DNA of 64,000 nt from Piromyces finnis finn (lineage: Eukaryota > Fungi > Neocallimastigomycota), in assembly GCA_002104945.1 (NCBI GenBank), contig MCFH01000101.1, forward strand, positions 1 through 64,000, given 5' to 3'. Below the pieces are notes generated by a model. It did no database searches. It was not told the DNA's origin and was given only the letters and a program-made list of their open reading frames with translations. Below are positions 14,407 to 30,388 of this stretch, in pieces. Position numbers and translations under genes: made by a program. How positions within the stretch are numbered: the stretch's first letter is position 1; each line of letters begins with the position of its first letter.

Positions 14407-15161
14407 TGTAAAGATATCAAACGCCACAGATTGATATCTTTAATGTAATTTAAGCCATAAATATTACTGTTTAAGTTACACGAATTATATTACAGAAAAA
14501 GAAAATGGAACATAACTTATTTATCAATAATTTAAGTCTAAAACAAAATAAATTATTAATTTAGTTTTAATGTTTATCAAATAAATTAAAATTCTCAATT
14601 TAAACCCCTAGTTTTAGTATTGTTTTGTAATAGAAATAGATATATAGTATATAATTATTAAATGATTAACATATCAATAATACATGGGCACATATTCAAA
14701 TTGAATAGTACTTAATTTGAATTGCCAATTGTATTTTACTAAAAATAGTTATAGTTTAAATATTTATTAATAATTAAGATTTTAGGTGTAGATTTTAAAT
14801 AATAATATATAAGAAATAAATAATTATAATATAATATAATATAATATAATATAATATAATATAATATAATATAATATAATATAATATAATATAATATAAT
14901 ATAATATAATATAATATAATATAATATAATATAATATAATATAATATAATATAATATAATATAATATAATATAATATAAATGTATTTAGGAAAAATATAA
15001 ATAGAAGATATTTTTTATCATTTTATCGATGTAATTGTTATTAAAAAATTCTATTATAATAAAAGATATTTTTATAAAACAAATTTCTATTTTTATTTTC
15101 AATTTAGTGTTATTGTAATAGAACAGATATCTTAATTTATTCTTTCCATGTTTATATTACA
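14407..15161. mobile_element. Solo LTR family N (N1), TSD GCTGA, inside RNase H
   Basis: TGTAAAGATATC..TATATTACA flanked by GCTGA at 14402-14406 and 15162-15166. Second copy at 31011-31629. Contains an (AATAT)n expansion. Confidence 0.93.
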
Positions 15162-15716
15162 GCTGAGAATAAAAATTAAATATCAGCAAGGGAAAGAAAA
15201 CTCTCTAGCGGATGCCTTATCTAGGATTAAAATAATCGAAGAAAAAAAAAAAACAGGGACAGGAAATAAAGGACAATTCAATAAAAGTCAATCAAATAAA
15301 GTTTAAGAAGAAGAAGAAGAATATAGACTTTAATGCTTGTTGAGACAAACATTTTAATAGCAAAATCAAAAATTTAATTAATTGATATTAATCATAAATT
15401 TAAAAATTTACTCAATTTGGAAAAATTGAGGGAAATTGGAGGGTATATAAAAAATTTGAAATTTGAAAATTTGGAAAATCAAAAATGTGAAATTGGAGAA
15501 AGATTTCAATTTAAAATTTATTATATGTATGATCAATATATATTAGTGAATTGATACATATATTAGATGATATATCTAAATACATTGATAATATATTAGA
15601 CAATATAAAAATTGGTTCCAATATATATCGATTAAATCAAAATAAAATAAAAAAATTTTTAATTAAATTAAATGGAAAGTAGATATATTAAAATATATGA
15701 TAAATCAATTGATACA

Positions 15717-16448
15717 TGTAAAGATATAATATATATCTTTAAATTATTTAATAATTAATTAATAATTATTAAATAATAATTTTGATATTTAATGAAAAAT
15801 TATTTATAAAATTTATTATATAAATTTTAAGGAATAATTAAATAAATATTAATTTTAAAATATCAAAATTGGAAATGAAATTTGGATAAATATTTAAATT
15901 AATGGATAATTAAATTTAAATATTTTAAATATTCAAATTAAATCTTAAAAAGTTCTTATTTAATTAAAATAGTTTAATAACTTTAGCGTAGTTTTAAATT
16001 AGTATTTTTAATAGTAAATATATAATAAATAGTATTATTAATATTTAATTAATATATAGGTAATACATGGACTGTATTCAATTTGTAGTTTACTCAAATT
16101 GAATCAAAAGTGTATTTAATTAGTTTTAGTTTAGTTTTATTATTTTATTATTTTATTATTTAATTAAATTAGTATTAAATTAGTTTTGTTTATTTTATAT
16201 TGAATATATGTATAATTAAATAGAATAGTATATTAAAATATAATTTGTAAAAAATATAAATACATGTAAAATTTCATAGTTAAACGATGTAATTGTTATT
16301 GACTATAGTTTAGTTAATAACTAAATAAGAATAAATAAAAGAGGATATAAATAAATTTTGTTTTGTTTTTAATTTTTTATTTTATTTAGTGTTTTTTGTT
16401 TTATTGTAAAAAATTTTATAATCTGTTTTAAATTTTAAAATTTTTACA
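15717..16448. mobile_element. Solo LTR family O (O2), TSD ATACA
   Basis: TGTAAAGATATA..TTTTTACA flanked by ATACA at 15712-15716 and 16449-16453. Confidence 0.92.
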
Positions 16449-18179
16449 ATACATATAGAAAACAATATATTACAATGTAATACAAATCTGATTAACATGA
16501 AATACATAAATCTATGAATTTATGTAAAAATAAGAAACAATTGTACCAACATTATACCAATATATTAAATTATATGGATAATATATTCAACAATAAGATG
16601 AATAGTTACTTAGAGAAGAATTTTAAAATAAACTCAATAAATAAGGGAATTCAGGAAGGTGTTAATAGTCCGGTAGCTAATGAAAATGAGAATATGGTTG
16701 ACCTTACGAAGTCTTTTGTTGAGGAAAATATAGTTAAATTAAATGGAAAAAAATATTTTAAGGATAAAGACTATTACAGAAAAATAATTAGTTTACCAGA
16801 AGAAAAATTTAAAATAATATGGAAAGCTCACTCAATAGGACATGAGGGCTTTGAAAAGGATTATGAAAGTATTAAGAAGAATTATTACTGGAGGGGAATA
16901 ATGACATAAAGAGAATTATTAAAGGATGTCAAACCATGTCAAACCATGTCAAACCTGCCAGTTAAATAAGAAAAATGAAGTGCCAGACCCTACAGAGAAA
17001 TATGCCACTCTAGTAGAGGCTCCTTTCACTCATTTAGGATTAGACATTATTGGTCCACTCCCTATTACTATTACAAGTAGAAATAACCAGTATATTATTG
17101 TAAGTGTAGATTATTTTACAAAATGGGTAGAGGCTGAACCTTTAACGACAGTTACAGCAAGAGATGTAGTCTACTTCCTGACTAGGGTATTTTCCAGGCA
17201 TGGGATTCCTTCAGTAGTTACAACTGATAATGGGGTTCGGCTTACAGCAGATTATACCAAAATCTTTCTGGATATGTATGACGTATACATTAAATTTATT
17301 GTAACGTATCATCCAGAATCGAACGGACTAACAGAAAATAGAAATAGGGAGATAGGTAAACTACTTAGACTACTGGGAAGTAAGGAGAAAGATTGGGATT
17401 TGGTCTTACCTTCGACTTTATGAGTATTGAGAACTTCGAAGAATACTAGAGTTATTAAATGATAATTGTAATTTTATAATTATATAAAGTAAATTTTATA
17501 CTATAAAGCTAACACTTGCAAATGAACAAGTATAAATATCATTTATTCTTATTTTCTTTATTTTATTTTATTTAATAAATATAATATATTTAGATACAAG
17601 TATTGTCACTTTCTATATTTAATTATAGAATTAAGACAATATCTTCTATGTATCAGCATGTTACGATTCGAGGAAATTAATTTGTTTATAAAATATTAAT
17701 AAACTTATTAATACTCAAAAATAATATTAAAATAAAATGAGAAAAAATTGTTTTATTAATAAGTTTGTTTTATTAGGATATTAGAATATAAAATTATGAA
17801 GATAAAAAAAAGAAAACAATATATATTTCTAGCTCTTATAATACACACTCTTTTATTTTTTTTGTGGAAATTTAAGTAGTGTTAATTAAAAGAATTAGCA
17901 TTTAATTATTTACATTAATTTTCTTATTTAAATTAATTTTAAATGAATAATACAATTGCATTACTATTATAATAAATAATTATACATATTATTGAATTAA
18001 TTAACATATATTAAAAGTTTACTTAAATATATTTAACTGAAGAATTATACTATTTTACAGAAATATTATTTATAATTTAATTAATAAAAATTCATTAACT
18101 TGATAAATTAAACTAAAAGTTCAATAAACTACAATTTTTCAATATATTACGATTACTAAATTTATTTTTAGGTTTAATA

Positions 18180-18425
18180 AAATAAAGTTTAGATTTAATA
18201 AAATAAAATTTAGATTTAATAAAATAAAATTTAGATTTAATAAAATAAAATTTAGATTTAATAAAATAAAATTTAGATTTAATAAAATAAAATTTAGATT
18301 TAATAAAATAAAATTTAGATTTAATAAAATAAAATTTAGATTTAATAAAATAAAATTTAGATTTAATAAAATAAAATTTAGATTTAATAAAATAAAATTT
18401 AGATTTAATAAAATAAAATTTAGGT
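18180..18425. repeat. 21-bp minisatellite, about 11 copies
   Basis: Unit TTAGATTTAATAAAATAAAAT. Confidence 0.9.
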
Positions 18426-19370
18426 TTAATTATAATTCTAGACTATAATTAAATTAAATAAAGTTTAAATAATATAGAATTTCATTTAATTCATTCAACA
18501 ATGCTCAATTAAAATTATAATAAATAAAAAATTATCAAAAGAAATATTTAGATTAGTTTTAATATATATAAATTAATTAAGTCACTAATATTAAAAAATA
18601 AGTTAATAATATTTTTCCAAAACCAAATTGGTTTTTTAATTATTTAATTCAACAAATAATTCTTCATGGTTTTCTTCTAGTCTTTTTTCCTAAAAAAAAA
18701 AAAAAAACACCAACTACACTAGAATCCAATAAAAAGTTATAGAATAACAAGTTATTAATCAATTTAATAAATTAAAATTCTATAATTTAATATTAACAAA
18801 CAAGCAAACAAACAAACAAATAAATAAATAAAACAAAAGGATAAAAGGCTCTTATTTTTCACTCTAGAAAAATAAGAGTTACTATTATAAAAATTTTATA
18901 AAGAAATATAACGAATAAAAAACTATAACAAAATAAAAATTTCTTAAAAATCATTTTTTAACCCTTTACATCTAAGTGTCTAAATTATATATAAGTATTT
19001 TCTTTATTATATTTTATAATAAACTCTATTTTAGTGTTATCTTAGTTTCCTTTAGTTTGATATTAAAGGAGTTCCTGACACAAGCATTGTAAGAAATAAT
19101 AATTATTCTTAATTGAATAATTGCTATTTCTTAGTATTTAATAATAATTCATTTAAAACATTATTTTCATATACGCCAATTTTTAAATATGAAATTTATT
19201 TATTTATTTATTTATTATACTTTTAATTTATTTATTTATTTATTTATTTATTATACTTTTAATTTATTTATTTATTTATTTATTATATTTTTATATATTT
19301 AATTAGCATCGTAAATTTATTTAATTATTAGTCTTTATATACATTTAATTAATACGAATTATTTATTTAC

Positions 19371-20335
19371 TGTAAAGATACAATATATATCTTTAGAATA
19401 TTTAATAATTAATAATTAATTATGAAATGATAAATTAATAGTTAGTAAAACTAATTATAAAGTTTTTGGAATAAATTTTATGGAATAATTTAATAATTCC
19501 GTTAAATTTAAATTAAGATAAATATTTAAATTTAAGGAATAAAAGAATTTTAATTAAATTTAGATTAAGATAAAATATTTAAATTTAAGGAATAAAAGAA
19601 TTTTAATTAAATTTAAATTAAGATAAAATATTTAAATTTAAGGAATAAAAGAATTTTAATTAAATTTAAATTAAGATAAAATATTTAAATTTAAGGAATA
19701 AAAGAATTTTAATTAAATTTAAATTAAGATAAAATATTTAAATTTAAGGAATAAAAGAATTTTAATTAAATTTAAATTAAGATAAATATTTTAAATAATC
19801 AAAATACTTTTTATTTAAATTTATAATAATTTAATAATTATAACTTAGTTTTAAAATAGATTTATTTATATTTCAATATGAAATATATTATGAATAGTAT
19901 TAATAGTATTAATAATATTAAATTAATTTATAAATAATACATGGGCTTTTTTCAATTTTGAGTTTACTCAAATTGAATTAAAAGTATAATGAGTTAGTTT
20001 TAGTTTAGCTTTATTATTCTATTATTTAATTAGGTTAGTTTTGTTTATTTTATATTAAATATATTTTTTATTTAAATAGACTAATATACTAGAATATAAT
20101 TATGAAAAAATATATATACATATAGTTTTTGTTTGTTAAATCAATGTAATTGTTATTTTAATTTTTTAATTATTAACTATTATATAGTTAATAATATTTA
20201 TTAGAGTTTTAAATAAAATGCTTTTTTTTTTTTTTTTTAAATAAAAATTTAATGTTTTATTTTTTTTTATTTTTGTGTTTATAAAAATTGTTTTGTTTTA
20301 AGTATAAAATCTGTTTTAAATTTTATACTTTTACA
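19371..20335. mobile_element. Solo LTR family O (O3), TSD TTTAC, with internal 53-bp tandem repeat (about 5 copies)
   Basis: TGTAAAGATACA..CTTTTACA flanked by TTTAC at 19366-19370 and 20336-20340. Confidence 0.88.
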
Positions 20336-21134
20336 TTTACATATTATTATTTTATAAATTTAATTTTTATAATTAATATTCCTTATATTTATCATTTTAA
20401 CGAATTAGTAATTACATATTAATTATATTTTAATTCTTATATTATAGATAAAATAAAAATCGGTATTTTAAGGTTTTTTCTGATTGCATATTAAGGAAGC
20501 ATTCGGTTTTACTTAATTTACACGATGATCAATATGATTAGAATATTGATCGAAAATCATGTTTAGGTTTTTCTTCTAATTTTTTCCTAAGCATTTTATT
20601 TGTTGAGACTAGAGCACACTTTAATTAACCTTATTTTTTTAATAAAAATATAAATAGAACACTCTTGAAATTCCAAGAGTTATTATTATAAAAGAATAAA
20701 TTATAATAAATAACACAAATACATTTTTCATCTTCTTTAAAATAATAAAACAAAAAACTTTTCTAATAATAATAATTAATAATCTCAAACTCAGTTTAAC
20801 TCTTGGTATTTTGTTGTTTATTATAAATCTTTATAATAAACTCGATAAGTCTTTATTAATTTTTATTTCTTTATTCTAATTTATCAAACTATTATAATAT
20901 ATTGTTATATTACTACAATATTGATAATTAATATTATATTGTAGTTGTAATTTCTTTAAATTATTATAAGAAATAACTAGAAATATTGATACAATATTTT
21001 CATAAAGCACCACAAAATAATTTATTTATTTTAGGACAAAGCAAATAGGGAATTATAAAATAATATATTCTAATAAAGAAAGTTAATAATAGCAATTTCA
21101 ATATGATTACTAAATAAAATAAAAAGAAAGAAAC

Positions 21135-21831
21135 CTAGATTGTTAATTAATTAAATAAATGAAATGAATGAATAAATAAAATTTTAAATAAATATTAATG
21201 TATTATTAATTTATTATTAATTTATTAATTAACTTTATTTATTAATAAAAATTTTATTTAAAGAAAAAATTTTATTTAAAGAAAAAATTTTATTTAAAGA
21301 AAAAATTTTATTTAAAGAAAAAATTTTATTTAAAGAAAAAATTTTATTTATTAATTATTATTATTATTAGGTTAAATATTTAGATTAATGAACTCTCGAA
21401 ATTCCTAATGATAGGAATTTTCTTGAGTGTTTATACTATCTTTAATATTAAAAGAATATATTTAATATTTAATACATGATTAATTGTTTATATTAATTAA
21501 CTATTCTATAAATTAAATATATATTAATTATATATAATTATATATGACTATTAAATTCGAGTTATATTTAATAATTTTAAAGTCATATTATAAATCATTT
21601 TCAGAAGGAATGATTGTTTTATAATTTAATTTTAATTTCCTTCATAATCAAATGGACAAAGGGGTATTAATTCAAGCATTAATAAATATAAAATTTTAAT
21701 AATTATAAAATAATAATATCTCTTAAATATTATTTAATACTGTTTTATAATAAAATATTCCTAATTAATTAAACAAATAAAACGTTACATTATTTAAATA
21801 AATAATCATGAATCCACTATTATTCATGGCA
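21135..21831. mobile_element. Reversed D-family LTR, left end eroded (approximate)
   Basis: Ends ..GAATCCACTATTATTCATGGCA, the reverse of the D start; body matches the reverse of 27904-28570. Confidence 0.75.
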
Positions 21832-21838
21832 TATTATA

Positions 21839-22406
21839 TGCTAAGTTTTTGGGTTTGGTTATGCGGCGGTCAGGTCAGAATGTTATTAATTATATAGCAA
21901 AATGTTTTTTAAGAAATTTAATTTAATAATAATATAGCACTTAAAACTCCCCAATAAGAAAAATTAATATTTGTTTTTAAAGTAACTTTTTATAAATTTT
22001 TATTTATTTTTTAATAATAATAATATATATTTAATAACTATATACTTAAGATTATATCTATAATCTTTACAAAGAATAAGAATCGAATTCAATTCATTCT
22101 GTATTATATCCTTTGTTAAGATTATTAAATTGATAAGAATAGCAATAAAGTATTACATGTGATATATTAATAATATAATAATAAATTATAAAAGTGTTGT
22201 TTGTTTGTTTGTTTGTTTTTGGTTAAGGGTTATAGTGTATTAACATTAAATTTTTGAAGTCATAACCCTTTACTGAATCAAATATCAAAAGGTGACTTTT
22301 AAAAGTATTTTAAAATAATTATTGAAATTATTTAATTATAACTTTTATGTTTAATTCATTATAGACATTATCTGAATTTGTTATAAATCCGGTTAATATC
22401 TTCACA
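21839..22406. mobile_element. Solo LTR family C (C1), TSD TTATA
   Basis: TGCTAAGTTTTTGGG..ATCTTCACA flanked by TTATA at 21834-21838 and 22407-22411. Confidence 0.88.
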
Positions 22407-22465
22407 TTATATTGTAGATAATAATTATTAATAAATATATAGTAATAATTATTATATAATATAAA

Positions 22466-22965
22466 TGTAAAAGATTTTATTATATATTAGTTAATAAGTT
22501 ATTATTAAAAGTTAAATTAAGTTAGGTATTACCCCTCTATAAGAGTTGAGTTAATAACTAAATAAAGTTTTATAAAAAATAATAAAAGAAAGAAAATAAA
22601 TATTATACACTAAAATAAATATTAGTAAATAAATATTAATAGTAAATAATTTTTATTTAAATAATTTTTATAGTTATATCTTTTATTTATTAATTATAAT
22701 TATTATACATTAATTATTATTATAGTTATTAATTTACTTTAATACTAACGCCAAAGTATTTTAGCGTTTGTTTACATTGAACTATTTAACTATACTAGTT
22801 TATTTTCTTTACCGCTTGATTGGGTAAAGCTAATAAACTTCCTATTTAAATAATAAACATTAATATATGGTTATGCATAATTTTTAACCAATAAATGCTA
22901 ACCAGAATATATGGTTTCAATTGAAATATTTGTGGGCAATTTTATGGCCACAAATATTTCTTATA
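22466..22965. mobile_element. Solo LTR family B (B1), TSD ATAAA, 13 bp upstream of tRNA-Val
   Basis: TGTAAAAG..TTTCTTATA (CA decayed to TA) flanked by ATAAA at 22461-22465 and 22966-22970. Paralogous to 25109-25603. Confidence 0.9.
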
Positions 22966-22978
22966 ATAAACAGTCAAT

Positions 22979-23051
22979 ATCCAAATAGTGTAGTGGTTAT
23001 CACGTTTCCTTTACACGGAAAAGGTCCCCGGTTCGAACCCGGGTTTGGGTA
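22979..23051 (+). tRNA. tRNA-Val(TAC)
   Basis: ATCCAAA/TTTGGGT acceptor, TTTCC-TTTACAC-GGAAA anticodon arm, CCCGG-TTCGAAC-CCGGG T-arm. Confidence 0.96.
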
Positions 23052-24156
23052 ATGATAAATATTATTTTAATGAAATATATTTTGATATGAATTTTAAAAA
23101 TTGCATAAGGATAATATTTAAAGCTGACATACATCCCAAGCTGAATTTTTTTTTTTTTTCTTTATACTTTTATTTAATAATTTTAATTTAAAATATTTCT
23201 AAATTTATTTATTTATTTATATACTATTTAAATAAATAAGTATACTTATTAGAATTTAAATTTTATCATAACTACAACAACAACTATTATTATTATGATT
23301 ATGATTATTATTATTATTATTATTATGATTATTATTATTATTATTATTATTATTATGATTATGATTATTATTATTATGATTATTATTATATGATTATTAT
23401 TATTATTATTAATATATATTAATATATATAAAATATATAAAATTCTTGATAAATGTTTAAATAATATTTTAATATTTTTTTTTCAATTAGTATAAATTGA
23501 ATTTTGATTTTTAATGATTTTATATATAGATTATTAATATTTAATATTTCATAATTTATTACTAAACATAACAACTGGAATAATACTATAAAAATACTCT
23601 ATATATTTTAAATTTTTCAAATATTTGCTTACAAATTAATAAATAATTATTATAATCTATAAATTTTCACTAATTAAAAATTTTATATTTTATTTACATA
23701 ATAGCTTTAGATTTGATTTTGATTAACTTTATGAACTTTTATTATCTTTATACTTATATCATCTTAATTGTATTTTATTATAAAAGCATAGCTAATATAA
23801 TATATCTTTTTAATGATTACAAGATATGTTTCATAGCATATAATAAAGTTTTTAAAATGCTAATTTTATTAAAGTTTGAATACATGTTTAAAACTTTTTT
23901 ATTACCAAAAAGATTTGCTTGAAAATATTATATATTTAACATATAACTTTAAAAAGACTTTATAAGATTGAATATTCTTAAAAATAATAAAAAAATATTT
24001 ATAATTTGTAAATAATATAATGATACTTTTAAAAAATCCTTTTATTCTTTTAGTAGAATTAATATAATATAAATTTTTAGTATTTAATATTAGATTTTTA
24101 GTAATTACAAAAGTTATTTAAAGAAATATCTCAAATTTTAAATTTCATCTTATAAA

Positions 24157-24432
24157 AATAAAATAAAATAAAATAAAATAAAATAAAATAAAATAAAATA
24201 AAATAAAATAAAATAAAATAAAATAAAATAAAATAAAATAAAATAAAATAAAATAAAATAAAATAAAATAAAATAAAATAAAATAAAATAAAATAAAATA
24301 AAATAAAATAAAATAAAATAAAATAAAATAAAATAAAATAAAATAAAATAAAATAAAATAAAATAAAATAAAATAAAATAAAATAAAATAAAATAAAATA
24401 AAATAAAATAAAATAAAATAAAATAAAATAAA
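24157..24432. repeat. (AAAAT)n
   Basis: Direct reading; a similar array is at 42522-42794. Confidence 0.95.
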
Positions 24433-25024
24433 GTAATGTTTAATAAATTTATTTCATACTAAGAAGTGAAAAATATTAAGCTTTCTGTTAACTATACTTA
24501 TTTTGATTTTTTTTAAAAAAAAATAAGCATTAACTCATTTTTATTGATTGATTTATTAATATATATAAAGTATTCAAATAAGAATATATAAATTTATTAA
24601 GAATAATATTTATTATAATAAACCAAGTATTTATAAAAGCTAATTGTAAAAATAAAACTAAAAATGATCTAATAAATACATCACTATCTGGAAATAAAAA
24701 TAGAAATAATTATTTTAAGTTTGCATAATATTAAAAAATAAAACAAGTTTTATATATTTATAGTTTTTTTTTTTTTTTTTTTTATAATATACTAATATAC
24801 TAACCACTTATTTTAGTAATTGATTTCCTTTTAAATTTAAATCATTTAAATCATATTCATTAATATTTATTAATAAAATATTTTATGTAAAATTTCACAA
24901 AAATATGTTTAAATTGCATAAGTTATAACATAATCAATCTTCTTGATTTTATATACTAAGTTAATATTATTTTTTTTTTTTTTTTCTCCACCTCCAAATA
25001 GTATTTCAAAATATTAAAAATATA

Positions 25025-25096
25025 TAGCAGCGGTATGTTTCGATCATACGACCTGTGGGTTATGAGCCCACCACGCTTCCACTGCGCTACGCTGCT
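25025..25096 (-). tRNA. Initiator tRNA-Met(CAT)
   Basis: Reverse complement AGCAGCGTAGCGCAGTGGAAGCGTGGTGGGCTCATAACCCACAGGTCGTATGATCGAAACATACCGCTGCTA: A1-T72, GGG/CCC anticodon stem, GATCGAAA T-loop. Confidence 0.97.
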
Positions 25097-25108
25097 CTTA
25101 ACTGCTTT

Positions 25109-25603
25109 TGTAAAAGGTTTTTTATATTATTAGTTAATAGGTTACTAATTAGTTAATTAAGTTAGTTATTACCTCTCTATACGAGTTAATAACTAAATAA
25201 AGTTTTATAAAAAATAATAAAAGAAAGAAAATAAATATTATAACACTAAAATAAATATAAACACTTATATAAATATTTTATGAAATAACTTTTACTTAAA
25301 TAATTATATTTTAATTATATCTTTTATTTATTAATTATAATTATCTACATTAATTATTATTATAGCTATTAATTTACTTTAATACTAACGCTAAAGTATT
25401 TAACGTTAGTTTTGACTATACTATTTAACTATATGAGTTTATTTTCTTTACCACTTGATTGGGTAAAGCAAATAAACTTCCTATTTAATTAATAACCATT
25501 AATATATGGTTATGCATATATTTGGCCAATAAATGGTGACCAGAATATATGGTTTCAATTGAAATATTTGTGGGCAAACTTATGGCCACAAATATTTCTT
25601 ACA
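25109..25603. mobile_element. Solo LTR family B (B2), TSD GCTTT, 12 bp upstream of initiator tRNA-Met
   Basis: TGTAAAAGG..TTTCTTACA flanked by GCTTT at 25104-25108 and 25604-25608. Confidence 0.94.
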
Positions 25604-26467
25604 GCTTTGTCAATGTAAGAAATAATAATTATTTGATACATAATTAATATTTCTTAGTTAAAATCATTAATTATTAATCATTAATTAATGTTAATAATAT
25701 TAGTTTATTTAAATAATTATTCTCATTTAAATTTATTTTAATTATTTATTTTCACTTAATTTTAATATCTTAAATTACATTTAGCCATTTAATTATACTA
25801 TTCATTAATATTTTATTTAATATTTTTATTAATTATATTTATGCATTTAACTAATTAATTTAATTAATTACTTTTATTTAACTTTATATTTTTATCAAAT
25901 ATATTTAATTATTTATTTAATTAATTACTTTAAAATAATTATTCATTGTTTAGGAATCGATATTTTAAGGTTTTTTCCAATTTCTAAAATAATTGGTTTT
26001 ACTTAAAATATACGATGATCAATATGTATAGAATGTTGATCGAACTTTGTTTAGGTTTTTCTTCTAATCTTTTCCTAAACAAAAAATTATTTTGTTAAGA
26101 TTAGATAAAATTTTAATTTAAACTTTAAATTTATTAAATAATATAAATAAAGACTCTTGATTCCCTTCTAAGAAATCAAGAGTTATTATTATAAGAAACA
26201 AATTATAATAATAAAAGCGTTTTTAATTTTATTTTACTTAACTTAGTTATAATAAAACATATTAACTTATTAAAGTGTAAAATTATTTCTACTCTTATAA
26301 TAAACTCGAACCTAAAGATAAGTATTAATATTTATTTTCTTTTTATTCTCAATTTATCAATAAATTGTAGTTAATAATTCTATTATATAATAATTTATAA
26401 TGGAATTATTACAGTCAAAAGTTTATTATTGTAAAATATTGTATTAGTTAAATAATGTATTTAATCC

Positions 26468-26820
26468 TGTCAAGAATAGAAGACGATTAAAAAATAAATT
26501 AAATATTCAAATAAATAATTTAAAAATCAAAGTTATATTTCAAAAATTATAAAACACTTTTAAAAATAATTAAAAGATCACTTTGAAAAAATTTAATATT
26601 GAAAAGGGTTAAGGATCACAAAAATTTAATTTTCAATAAATTAACCTTTGAGAAAAAAATGCATTATACGAAACTAGTGATAACTTCTGAATCTCGCGTC
26701 CTATTTTCATTTTCTAGAGACTTCAAATCAACTTTATTAGAAAGTACTAGTTGGGATCTATATTCTCACAAATTTTCAGCTAATTTAGACCACTAGTTCT
26801 TGAGATATAGCTATTTAAAG
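26468..26820. repeat. Dispersed repeat family R (probably LTR-derived; right end unresolved)
   Basis: TGTCAAGAATAG..AATCTCGCGTCCTATTT; copies at about 32633-33035 and reversed at about 40240-40553. Confidence 0.65.
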
Positions 26821-27444
26821 ATTTATGTAAAATTTAATTTATTGATAAGATAAAGTTTTTTGATGATAAAATAAAATTTTAAAATTAAATAATTTTTAAC
26901 TAATAAATATTTGAGATAATAAAATTTTTTTTATAAACTAAGCCTCAAAATTAGAAATAAATAAGTTAAATTTATGTTTGAAATATAATCAACCACAAAG
27001 CAAATAAATCAAAACTTTATTTTAAGTTTAGAAAATTCTTTATTAAATAAATTGAATTTAAATAGTTTAATACAAATAATTTCTTTTAATAAATGTATAA
27101 ATGTAAACAATGTAAAATTATAATATTAAAACATGTATATTAGAATTAATTCAATTTATTTAAAAAAGTATAAATAAAGAAAATTTCTCAACTATTGAAA
27201 CGATAGTTGGAAAATAGTAGTTGTTGATAATTAATTAATTAGTATTAATAATATTAGATTATTAATAAAGTTATAATAAAACATTTTTTTTATTTTATTT
27301 AAAAAACCTGGTTACCTAGCGAAGGCTTTGGTCAAATAACCTTCGTGGTAAAGTAATCAGCAGTTGTCATAAATTAGAGGAATAAAGTTATTTTATAAAT
27401 AAAAAATTATTAAAAATTAAATTGGAAGTTTTTCTGTTGTTGTC

Positions 27445-27790
<346 letters not shown>

Positions 27791-27859
27791 AAAAATAGAG
27801 TAGCACAGACCTAAATCCAATAATTTGATTTAAAGGTTAGATTTAAATTAAATATTTTA

Positions 27860-30252
<2,393 letters not shown>

Positions 30253-30388
30253 ATGAAATATTATATGATATATATTTTGATATATGTTTCTTTTATGTTG
30301 TAGTAATTTAATGTATAGAGTTAGTATATATATGTTTTTTCTTAATCATTTATATATTTTTTATTTTTATTTTTTTTTAATTTATTTT

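Larger units (their letters stand above)
11851..17445 (+). pseudogene. pol: Degenerate Gypsy pol (protease, RT, RNase H, integrase), interrupted by LTR insertions and 3'-truncated
   Basis: LLIDSG protease at about 12535-12552; WRLCCDYRKLN; FMNDV in place of YIDD; RTDACLDGIG; integrase HSIGHEG..CQTC, FTKWVEAEP, TDNG. Many stops and frameshifts. Confidence 0.92.

Noticed and set aside
15339-16474. Possible additional LTR (TGTTGAGAC..TATTACA) surrounding O2
   Set aside because: It interrupts pol, but the flanks match only 3 of 5 (ATGCT/ATGTA) and I found no second copy, so it is not called.
22961-22965. Decayed termini (CA to TA, TG to TA or CG) as a RIP-like signature
   Set aside because: There are too few events, in both directions; a genome-wide dinucleotide analysis would be needed.
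26599-26796. 65-aa ORF in repeat R; also 23713-23922, 30284-30514 and 62433-62618
   Set aside because: Short and AT-biased with alternative starts. R copies at 32633 and 40240 do not keep the frame as far as I can read.
30253-30388. J as the 3' LTR of the minus-strand integrase remnant
   Set aside because: The position fits, but there is no clear polypurine tract and J's terminus is unresolved.
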